Positions 1-11,125 of a stretch of 64,000 nt of DNA are shown piece by piece. The notes beneath the pieces are model-generated. The model saw only the letters and a list, made by a program, of their open reading frames with translations, was not told where the DNA came from and did no database searches. The stretch is from Octopus sinensis. Lineage: Eukaryota. Where the stretch lies: NCBI RefSeq assembly GCF_006345805.1, contig NC_042997.1:6448001-6512000 (forward strand), written 5' to 3'. Made by a program: the position numbers and the translations under genes. The number at the start of each line of letters is the position of its first letter. The stretch's first letter is position 1.

Positions 1-258
1 AAGTCAATACTGTGGTCATGGAATGTTACTATTTGAGCAAACCCGTACAGGAAAGTTGTATTAATCTTAGGGGATAGCGACAACGTATGTCTGATCAACG
101 GAGAGAAAGAGGATTCAGTTCTATATTTAGGAGACGCTGAATTATGAACATTATTTACATTTGACGGTTATTTGTCCTGATATGGCATAGGCGTTAAGTG
201 CACATGCCACTAACCCCCAGATTCCGAGGCATTTACCTGAATAATAATAAGAAGAAGA

Positions 259-853
259 AGGAATATATTCACAGACATGACAGAGTTGGAACCTACATAC
301 ACTGGAAGCTATGCCAACATTATGGAATAACAACAGAAAAAAGGTGGTATAGGCACACACCAGAAAAGGTCACAGAAAACGAGAAAGCAACCATACTCTG
401 GGATATGCCGATACACACAGATAGAGAAATTAAAGCCAACAGACCAGATATAGTTGTCAGAGATAATGAAGAAACAAAATGCTTTCTAATTGATGTATCA
501 ATACCGGCAGATGACAACGTATCTCTAAAAGAAATGGAGAAACTTTCAAAATACGAAGACCTGGAAATAGAGGTAACCAGAATGTGGAATCTAAAAACAG
601 AAACAATTCCTCTCATAGTAGGTGCATTAGGCATGATAAAAAAAATATTCAGACAAATACATAACAAAAACACCAGGACTTACAAACACATATAACATAC
701 AGAAAATTGCACTATTAGGCACTGCACACATCCTACGCAGAACACTTTCCATACAATAACAATCAGAGCATCACAACAAATCACAGCACAAACCCAAGGC
801 ACACAGAGCTGCGCTCGGTAGTGAAGTGAAAGCACGCTATATAAATAAAATTA

Positions 854-860
<7 letters not shown>
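259..860 (+). mobile_element. 5'-truncated R4/Dong-clade non-LTR retrotransposon (RLE endonuclease end and 3' UTR)
   Basis: ORF 198-695 contains EYIHRHDRVGTYIHW...ILWD...NRPDIVV...LIDVSIP...KEMEKLSKY, the RHD and PD-D-K restriction-like endonuclease motifs. It is flanked by (TAA)n on both sides. Confidence 0.9.
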
Positions 861-913
<53 letters not shown>

Positions 914-1885
914 AAGAAGAAGAAGAAGAAAAGAGAACAAGAAGAAGAAGAAGAAGAAGAGAAGAAGAAGGGAAGTGGATTTTAAATACATTTAGGCTTA
1001 TATTTGATGACTTTGGTGATACTATGGCAGCGTAGGTTCAAAAGGGAGAAAGAAGATACGCTGGACATCGACAGATGTATTAGTAATAGAGGGAGCTTAT
1101 TTTGGTAGTGATTATGTGGAAGCAATGATAGTGGTAGAGAAAGAATAAAGAGATGGTTGCAATAGACCTGAGGCGGGGATAGAAAAGTATTTGAGATTGG
1201 TCAATAAGAGAAAACGTAGCAGTGGAAGAAGTAGAAGGAGAAAAGAAGAAGGAGGAGAATAAGAAGAAGAAGAAGAAGAAGAGAAGAAGAAAAGAGAAAT
1301 GAAGAAGAAGAAGAAGAAGGAAAGAAGAAGAGGAAGAAGAAGAAGTGAGGAGAAGTAAAGAAGAAGAGAAGGAGAAGAAGAAGAAGGAAGAAGAAAGACA
1401 GAGAAGTAAGAGAGAAAAGAAGCAGAGAAGTAGAGGGAGAGAGTAGAGAAGAAGTAGGAGAAGGTAGAAGAAGTAGAGAAGGAGGAATGGAGAAGAAGAG
1501 AGAAAGAAGAAGAGAGAAGGAGATAGAATAGAGATAGGGAGAAGGCAGAAGAGAGCAAGATCAGGAGAAGAAGAAAGTGAAGGAGAAGAAGAAGGAGAAG
1601 AAGCAGGAGGAGAAGAAGCAGGAGAAGAAGCGAGGAGAAGAAGCAGGAGAAGTAAGGGGGAGGAGAAGAAGCAGCAAGAAGGAGAAGAAGAATAGAAAGG
1701 AGAGAGGAGGGAGAAGGAGAAGAAGAAGAAAGAAGAAGAGAAGAAGAAGAAGAAAAAGAAGAATAAAGAGGAGGAGAGGAAGTAGAAGGAGAGAGAAGAG
1801 AGAAGAAGAAAAAGAAGAAGAAGGAGGAGGAGAAGAAGAAGAAAAAGAAGAAGGAGAAGAAGAAGAAGAAGAAGAAGAAGAAGGA
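858..1885. repeat. (TAA)n followed by a long degenerate (GAA/GGA)n purine tract
   Basis: Read directly; about 250 bp of unrelated sequence interrupts it at ~970-1225. Confidence 0.95.
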
Positions 1886-2049
1886 CATTGAAAAATACCT
1901 TAGGAATGTGAACATAGGTTTGAAATTTCCCCAAGGCACCTGATAATGCCTGAAGGGTGTATCAGACGAAATGTTGGGTTAACAACAAACTAGATGAGGA
2001 CAAATATCCGTTAATTGTAAATTATGTAAGTAATGTAGTATGAGGATTG

Positions 2050-4440
2050 TTTCATCTCCGAGAACAGCGATTATGTGATGAAGCTAGAGCAATAAAAAAG
2101 ATATTTGCTTCACAGAAATAGACCTCGAAGCTATCAAAATACGGGTATTGGAAAACAGCAGCAGAGGAAACAATGAAAACACTGTTCCTAATGATAAAAG
2201 TAATCTCATAGCAGAAAAAAACTGAGGTGAAATCTGTAATAAACCACAGGAAAGGAACAGTGGTAGTTTGCTGGATGAGAGACATATAGATGGTGTGTAA
2301 GAAGACAATAAACTGATGGTGACAAGACAGATGGGAAAAGCAATCAACGAGAGAACAATGGGCAAGGCTAGAGCAGAACGTTAGCGACATTATTCGCAAA
2401 CTTAGAAAGGTTGATCGGTGAAAATTGATCCAACAAACGAAAAATGTCAATGAAATTCTGAAATACAGCAGAACAAATAGAAAAAAAAAATCACAGACGC
2501 GAAGAATTTGATCAAGGCAGCAAGTATTTTTGTAGCAGAAAATGTGGGTGTTGATATCAAGAAAATAAATATAATGGGAGTGACAAAAGAAAAGATCCAC
2601 GCTGGAGAATAAAATATAGGCGGGGCTAGATATACTCTCAAAAGACGTTTCTGTATTAGACCGAAGAGGAAAAGGAGACCTTAAAAGGGAAGGAAAATAC
2701 AAGGCACTGTACAAGAAAGGAAGGGCCTGCATGTTGTAATGGATGAACTGAAACATCCCCTTATTGCAAACAAAGCAAGTATGATAATATACGACCAAAT
2801 AATGAAGGGATACCTGCAGAATAGGCTTTTCAGAGTAGTTCAGAAGGTATTCTACAAAGAAATAAATGGAGACTGTACACATGAAAAATTGATGCTAGAG
2901 ATCATTGGAAATTAAATGTTTTGAAGTGGCACCTAGAGAGAGGGGATACAGAAAACGGGTAACCGAAGGCCCCAGTACCATATGGAGTTCAAGGCTACTA
3001 TTTCAAAATATTTGGTGAATGTCATGCACGAATAACTGCACAACACAATAACTTGTGAAATGCCAACCAGATAACCCCCAGAGAGATTGATAATGAGTAG
3101 AATAGTACTGTACTTGAAAGGTGTATACTTTCAGTGCTGAGAACAGAATGGCGTTCGGACTGAAAAAGTGTGGTGGGTTAGTCTTCAAGACAGACAAAAT
3201 CTAATATATGGACGGGCTAGCGGTATCCTCTGGGGTGTTTATGAATCAGGGAGATGAGAATGGCTATAAGTACTTGGTGATTTTGGAAGTGGGTAAATTG
3301 AAGGTGAAAGAAATGTCAGTAGCGTACTAAAAAAGCTTAGAGAGAAAGATATTCCACAGAAAGGTACCTCACCCAAAATGTGACTTACACAGCGTATATT
3401 CTCCAAGAAAAAGAGCGGGAAGAGGACTGATTGGATGCGAACACATCATTAGAGCAGAAGAAAACTACGAAGCATAGCATGTAATAATTGCCACCGAAAC
3501 AGTATTATTGGAACGAAGTTGGTCAGGCTAATGTAGGATGGAAGATTACAAAGATGAATCATGTACATGGACTTGAGAATAAATGAAACTATAAATACGT
3601 TGATAAAAAAAGAATGCATAGATAATTTCATAAGGAAGTTGAAGATAAGACGTACAGAGGAAAAATATGTCTGTTGATGACAACGCGATTTAAACATGAA
3701 ACCGACTCCCTAATCTGCGCTGCCCAAGAGCAAGCATCAAAATACATTTACATCAAATACTGAATAGACAACACACCAGAAAGTGATAAGTGCAGGATTT
3801 GTGGACAAAATGCTGAAACCGCATGATATATTATCTGTCAATGTACGTCACTAGCCCAAAAAGAAAATAAAAGAAGTCATGGCAATTTAGCAAAGATTGT
3901 CAAGTGAATACTTTGCAAGATGTACGGATTTGGCTGAGCAAAATAGCGGTACGAACATAAACACGAAGTTATCATCGAAAATGATAACGCATAGATGATA
4001 TGGGATTTTATGATTCAGTAGGACCATGAGATAGTGAATAGAAAACCAGACACAATGTTAATTGAGAAAGAACGCAAACGATACTGGACCATAGATATAG
4101 CATGCGCATCTGATAACAAGGTATGCGATAAGGAAGAAAAATGTCGATAAATATGACAGTTTTGCTTGGGAGGTTAAGCTGTTGTCACTAACAAAGATGG
4201 TAGTATCACCAATAATTGCCGGGTTCCTGGGAACAATGAGTAAAAAGTTTGAGAATTACATGGCACACAAAATGTGGCTTAAATAAGGGTGAAGCGCTTG
4301 CATAAAACAGTACTGCTTGGAACCGCTCGAATACTCAGGATGTTGCTCGAAAAATAATGTGTTACCTTAGTTCACTGGCAGTGAAGAGTTAACGCCGTCG
4401 TACATCTCCAGTATTTGAATCTGTTCAAAGGCAATAAATG
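2050..4440 (+). mobile_element. Degenerate, internally deleted R4/Dong non-LTR retrotransposon
   Basis: Broken-frame motifs: EQRLCDEARAIK (~2070), YKYLVILE (~3265), GRGLIGCE (~3420), LKHETDSLICAAQEQ (~3700), CRICGQNAET zinc knuckle (~3790), IWDF..NRKPD..IDIAC (~4000-4110). Ends in a (TGA)n tail at ~4437-4470. Confidence 0.85.
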
Positions 4441-4479
4441 ATGATGATGATGACGATGATGATGATGATAATAGTGGAT

Positions 4480-7420
4480 GCGAAAGGCGTGTTTGACAGA
4501 GGGTACGGAAAACGAATGCACAGTGAATGGAAAGCAAAGAAACTGTTTGAAATTACTGAGGAGTTATTATGTGAACAAGCAAGAGGAATAAGTACGAATG
4601 GATAATTAACACAATTCGAGATATAAGCTATTAAAAGAAAGACATAGGATGTGATTGGACATGCGAGAAGTGAAAGTGATATAGTGGGAGAGATGGAAAA
4701 TTGTCCAGAAGAATATAATACCGTGAATTATGAAAGAATTGAGAAGAGTGACTATTCAATAATAAAGGTCGATTAATAATAGTCAGCATTTTGGATCTAT
4801 CAAATACAGAAGGGAAATGTCTGTGCCAATGGAAATTAAATCAAGAGACGAATACAGTCAATATTTTTCTGAGACACATTGAAACACAGAACATCACACA
4901 AACAATCTTATCAAGGTTGCTAATAAGATTGTGGCGGAATGGATGGGATTGAGAGCTACTGAGAATATAAGAGCGATGTATAGAAGAGGAAATAAGCAGT
5001 TATGGAAAAGGAGAATTCCTGAAGATAGAAATTCCTCGAACAGTGTAGTGACAATACATGACAGAAAAAGAAATGGAGAACTTAAGAATGAATGGAAATT
5101 CGAAATAGATAGGAATAAATATGGTGTTGATACAAAAGGCCTGGATATCGTAATTGAAAAACTGAAGCAGCGCATACGTGCAACAAAAGCAGAGCTAATT
5201 ACGTTTGAACAACGGATGAAGCAATCCAAGCAAAACAAATTGTTTACAACCGACTAAAAATGTTTTGTCAAGAAATTAATGACGATAAAATAAAGTTGAA
5301 CATTAATCCTTGATGCTGATGAAAGTCGACATTTTTGGGGATAAGATATAGAGTAAGAAAAACAACAACAAAATACTACAGCTCAATAGCTCTGTAGCCT
5401 GAAGTAAACAGCTTCTTTTTCCAGAAAGACGCTATTCAATTCATAGAGGACAGTATCAGAAATTCGAGTAAGTTTATAAGTAGCAGGTTCTGAAGCTGTA
5501 CAGTGATTTTAGATAACATAAATTTAGTAGTTGCCTTAAATTGATCGCAGAACAATTTAATGAATTGAGCAATGCAGTAAATGAAATCCGGTGTGGTTGA
5601 CAAAAGGACGAACGCTGGTGTTCCTAAACGATGCATCAAAGAGAAATCTTACTGCCAATTACAGACCATTTTCCTGCTTCCCGTTAATACCAAGAGGAAT
5701 TTACAAAAGAACTGTATACATTTCTTGATGAGAACGATATATTACCGTAGGGACAGAAATGCTGTAGAAGGAGAAGCAGAGGTAACAAGGACTAACCCTT
5801 GATAGACATAATGGTAATGCAAGATTGTAAATGAAGGTGAATAACTCTGAGAATGGACTAGATTGACACAAATCCTATGATATGATTCCAAATCCATGGA
5901 TCTTCGATTGCTTAGATCTGTTTGGAAACGCGAGGAATGTAACATGTTTCCTGAAAAGACGTATGGTGGGATGGACAACTGAATTGATATCTTACGTACA
6001 AAGCTTAGGCAGAGTAATCTACCTTAAAACGGCATGGTGCAGTGCCTAGCAGAGATAAACGTACCAAATAGATACTTGATTAAGCAAATCCTAATCGAAG
6101 ATTACAAATACCATGGCGTACTTGAGTGCAACGTGATAAAAGTAAATGAATGACCAACTGAGGCTGGAGTGTTTCCGAAGTCTGAGGTTGGTGCTGCACT
6201 CGAAAATGATTGGATGGAATAAAATCCAATCAGTTAATACGTGGGCGATAGAATCACTTCGGTAGGGAGCGAAAATAATTTTTAAAAGGCAAACGAAAGA
6301 AATGAAGTAAATGGATAAAAAGAACAGAAAGATGTTGATAGTACACGGAAACTTCCACCATAAGAATGACACCGATACGCTGTGCTCAATCCAGAAGAAA
6401 GAGTGGGAGAGCTTTGATCTGGTGCCATGACTGTATCCAAACGGAGGAAAACAGCCTAGGCTGGTATATAAAAATGCCGTGGAGACACGGCATTTATATA
6501 TACGAAGAAATATCAGAACTGAAAATCGTGTAATTAAAGAAAAAAAATAAACAAGAAATGAAGACAAAAAGAAAAACTATTGTAGGTAAAATGTACGCAT
6601 GGTCAGTTTGCAAGAGATGTGAACGCCAAAACAAATAGAGAGGGCCGGAGTCTATGGATGAGGAAGAGTGACCTGAAGATAAAGACAGAAACATTCTTAT
6701 GCGCAGCTCAGGAACAAACATTAAGGACCAAATACATGAAGTGCAGAATTGACAATACTAACGGTAATGAGGGGTGAAACGGTATGACATATCGTTAGCG
6801 AATGACCGAAATTGGCACAATGCGAATACAAACGACGCCACGATAATGTGGCAAGAATGATCCAATGGGAGCTCTATGGAACCCATGGTCTGCAAATAGC
6901 ACATATGTAGTTAGAGCAAATTCCACAAGGAGTCACCAAAAATGAGAATTGCAAAATCCCGTGGGATGCAACGATCCAGTGTGATCCCCTGAACAGACAT
7001 CGGATACTGGATATTGTTGTTGTGAATAAAAATGAAAGAACTGGCATATCATGCCACTGTGACAACAGCATATAATGCCAATATGACAACAGGATCAGTG
7101 TGAAAAAGAAAAGAAAAGAAATAGCTACGACGATTTGAAGTGAGAAATACGAAGTTTGTGGTCTATGAAGAGAGTACACAGGATACCAGTAGTAATTGTT
7201 GCACTTTGAAGTGTCAGCACTCAACTACCAGCATGGCTGGGAATGATTAGTGCAAGTGTAAAGGCAGAGCGCCTACAAAACTCGGCATTGTTTGGAACAG
7301 CAAGAATTCTCTTGCAGGGATTTTGAAGTATGACCAGTAAACAAGTGTCACCTTAGACTGCTAGATTTAGACAGCTGACACTTTCCATCATATCCACCAA
7401 AATAAAATGTGGGTTTTCAT
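4480..7420 (+). mobile_element. Near full-length but decayed R4/Dong non-LTR retrotransposon
   Basis: GYGKRMHSEW..ITEELLCEQAR (~4500), TNNLIKVANKIVAEWMGL and KLKQRI..KQNKLF (ORF 4931-5257), WLTKGRT..NYRP (~5590-5670), MHGQF-like (~6590), CAAQEQTLRT (~6700), YKRRHDNVARMI (~6830). Followed by a (TAA)n(TGA)n(GAA)n tail. Confidence 0.88.
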
Positions 7421-7709
7421 ATAATAATAATAATGATGATGATGATGATAATGATGATGATAAGAAGAAGAAGAAGAAGAGGTAAAAAAAGAAGAAGAAA
7501 AAGGTTTGTTTCAAATATCAAGGACAACCTTTCGCAGGTGAAAGAGCATGTTTGTATATTAGCTCACAAGTATTTGACTTATATTCAGTTTTGATCTCGT
7601 AGAAATAAAAGTTAAGGGAAACATTATTTGCAATTTGAATTTATATACGCGTTCCAGATACCGCACATATTTTAGATAAAAGGACATGAAATCACACATA
7701 CGCACATCC

Positions 7710-7800
7710 GCGCGCGCGCGTGTGTGTGTGTCTGTGTGTCTGTGTGTGTATGTGTGTGTGTCTGTGTGTGTGTGTGTGTGTGCATGTCTGTGTGTGTTAG
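7710..7800. repeat. (GT)n/(GTCT) microsatellite
   Basis: Read directly. Confidence 0.9.
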
Positions 7801-9052
7801 CTAGGGAATTAGCATCATATCAAAATACAATTCTGCATATCACAGCGGTTAAGTTTTTTAAAGCCTGCTTACTTGCGGTAAACATCTGTAAGAGATACGC
7901 TTTCTCCAAACATTACGCAAAGGTTTTGTAGTATTGTACGTATTTACTATGTATTTATAACAGCTAGTGGTGAAAGTGACTTCGAAGTATCGGTTTCTTA
8001 TCTTCCTTAGAATCCATCGCCTTTCTGGCGAAGTCTCGGAAGCCTCAACGACTAAGCGACTACCAACCATTTCCTTGTAAATGTTTAATAACAGATACGC
8101 CAAGATAATAAATATCAATAAATATATCTTAATATTCCTTCAGAAAATTTCAGAACCTTTTACGGATTTAGGAAGTAATCCCTGTCTTCGAATAGCCAAA
8201 GAGGAAAACGAATGACGCATAAGAATACGAATAATTTCAAAATAATTTATTTTTTTTATGATTTAGAAATTGATGAGAGCCGGTGTTTTAATTTGTTAAT
8301 TCTCAATCCAGATGTAATATCTTTAGTAATTTCTAAAACATTTGATATTTGTACAAATAACAAACATAACAATGACGAGAGACTACACTAACAGAAACCT
8401 ACTTCTTTTTAATAAATTCTTCCTATTTGCAATCGATTTTTTGCAGTGTATCCACATTTGGCCAACATTGTAATCCATGTTTTTTACATGACTTTTTAAA
8501 AATTTGTTCAACATTTTACCATGTTAAGTGCCACTTATATGGAGAATAATTAATACTAAAGATTCAATTTGAGTAGTAAAACAATTTATTTCATAAATGA
8601 AATTCTATAGATAAGAGCTAACATTATGAATAGTAATGGGGCCATAAATATTACTTAGCACATAGCTCTAGATAAACTGGTTTCTGAATTCAACAAATAA
8701 AATAGTTTGTATATGAGAGAGAAAATCATAAACGTGGTTTTCCTTCTTGATAGGCAAAAAGATACGTCAAACCAGATAACAGTAAAACTAAAGGAAATAA
8801 AGATTAAGGCGAAAATAAAACAAAAACGTATTCCAAAAAATATTTCACAAAGATTTATCGTGATAAAACGATATCAAATGGGCAGAGATTGCAAATGAAG
8901 ATAAGATCTTTAGTATCATGTCGATATTTTTTTAAAAATTGATATTGCAATAAAAACCATTTCAATTATTGGTGTTGTAAAATATTTTACAGAACAGAAC
9001 GATTACACATTATTTTCTTACATCCTCCTAATTTTTACATAAGACAAAGCCA

Positions 9053-9096
9053 ACACACACACACACACACACACCACACACACACACACACCACAC

Positions 9097-9150
<54 letters not shown>

Positions 9151-9163
9151 TATATATATACAA

Positions 9164-9247
<84 letters not shown>

Positions 9248-9258
9248 CGATATATACA

Positions 9259-9297
<39 letters not shown>

Positions 9298-9325
9298 TAC
9301 ATAATTGTATGTATATATATATACA
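9053..9325. repeat. Compound (CA)n(TA)n microsatellite
   Basis: Read directly. Confidence 0.95.
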
Positions 9326-9331
9326 TATAAA

Positions 9332-9567
9332 TGAAGACCCATGACTCAATGGTTAAAGAGTCGAGCTTACGATCGTGAGGTTGTGAGTTCGATTCTCGGA
9401 CCGAGCTGCATGTTGTTCTTGAGTGAGACACTTTATTTCAATTTGGTCCAGTTAACTCAGCTGTAGAAGTGAGTGCGACATCACCGTTGGCCTTCCACAT
9501 ATAACCTTGCCTCGGAGGGTAACTTTCTAACAGCAATCCCATGGTCATTTATGACTGAAGGGGACTC

Positions 9568-9568
<1 letters not shown>
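9332..9568 (+). mobile_element. tRNA-derived SINE (family A), internally deleted
   Basis: A-box-like GACTCAATGGTT and B-box-like GAGTTCGATTC, then TGTTCTTGAGTGAGACACTTTATTTCA...CAGCTGTAGAA and the CCCATGGTCATTTATGACTGAAGGGG tail shared with 23760-24085. Confidence 0.85.
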
Positions 9569-9569
<1 letters not shown>

Positions 9570-9626
<57 letters not shown>

Positions 9627-9802
9627 TATATATACATATATATACATATATATGTATATATATATATGTGTGTATGTTTATATATATATATATATGTATG
9701 TATGTACATATATATACATATATATGTATATATATATATGTGTGTATGTTTATATATATATATATATGTATGTATGCATATATATATATGTATGTATGTA
9801 TG

Positions 9803-9833
<31 letters not shown>

Positions 9834-9878
9834 ATATATATATATATGATATATATATATATATATATATAAAGTATG

Positions 9879-9910
<32 letters not shown>

Positions 9911-9934
9911 TATATATATATATAAGTATGTATA

Positions 9935-9973
<39 letters not shown>

Positions 9974-9977
9974 TATG

Positions 9978-10019
<42 letters not shown>

Positions 10020-10020
10020 C
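9570..10020. repeat. (TA)n array with higher-order TATG/AAGTATG subunits
   Basis: Read directly. Confidence 0.95.
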
Positions 10021-11035
10021 TTTTACAAACGGAATTGCTATTGTTTTCTTTTTAAATATGTATTTACAAATTATTTCTCAAGTTTCATAGCTCGCGAAAG
10101 ATCCCGGGCGGTATTTTATGATTCCCTTCTTTGTTGATTCATTTAATTAAAAGCGGATTACCATATTCATTTAAAATTAAGCTTGTTTACAATAAGGATT
10201 ATGCTTGTCTATTATTTACGGTACATATACGTAATTTATGCAATCATAAATTATTTATCCTGGACTAATGAAACTCTAGTGAAATACTATATGTATGTCT
10301 GTATGTGTGTTTTATGTTCGCGTTTTTGATAAAGATACTTGTTTTGTTCGCAAAGTCAGGAATAGAGAATTGAAAGATCAGGAAATTTAGGAATTAAACA
10401 CTAGCACGAAATGAAATAGAGTGAAATTTTAGCTTCCATTTTTATAATAATTGTATATTTTATTTGCCCCTTGTTTAGTAGCAGATTCTCAAAATTAGTT
10501 CTTGCAAACCAACTTAGATAAGATCTAATTTGAAGCAATAATATGAAATATTTTACCTAAAGATATCTCTTTCAAACATAGAGGCTTATTAACATCAAAT
10601 ATTCCTGAATATATGTGGACATAGCGTGATATACGAAGAGGTTTCCAAAATATAATTATGCCTAAGTAATATTTATAGCTCTGTGGGGCTAAATTTTCTT
10701 TGGAAAATTCATACAAATAACATAGTGAAGAGCAAGTTTTAAAATCATATGCGTTCAATGGGAGTCCTGGATGCAGGGCAAAAAAAAATTAGAAAGAAAA
10801 GTCGGAAAAGAAGAATAGGTTAAGTTTACAAAAGTCGGGTTAATGCTAATAAGACATAAGATGATGGCATCAAGGAAGAAAGATAAGAATTTGAGCAAGA
10901 CAGAAAAACGTTAGTCTTATCTTAAACAATAATATTCGATGCCTTGTTGCATAGAGTAAATAAATGCTTTCCAGAAGGAACACTCAAGGATTATATCTAA
11001 TTTTATGGAGTTTCCAAATATAATAGTATTCTCAG

Positions 11036-11125
11036 ATAAAACTGGATACCTGTACATTCTTTCATTTGATATGCACATTAAGGAACTAAATAGTAGCTAT
11101 GTTGAACATACTTATGACCACCGGG
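11036..11125 (+). CDS. Candidate 90-nt phase 1-1 exon, (D)KTGYLYILSFDMHIKELNSSYVEHTYDHR(G); host gene unidentified
   Basis: Acceptor TATTCTCAG, donor GGG/GTAAGT, open frame within ORF 11005-11229. VEHTY...G loosely resembles the PKD-domain HxY..xG strand. Confidence 0.3.

Larger units (their letters stand above)
114..2030 (+). mobile_element. Split, partly deleted copy of the palindromic tRNA-head/(TAA)n/hammerhead-like element, interrupted by an R4/Dong insertion and a GAA expansion
   Basis: 116-180 matches the reverse complement of the 44222-44277 terminus. 181-250 resembles the tRNA-like head plus CCTGAATAATAATAA. 1885-2030 (GAAAAATACCTTAGGAATG...CACCTGATAA...GAAATGTTG...GAGGACAAATATCCG) matches the body at 44110-44240. 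Confidence 0.75.

Noticed and set aside
1080-1939. Long ORFs of 275-284 aa and a Lys/Arg/Glu-rich ORF
   Set aside because: Translations of the GAA/TTC repeat tract.
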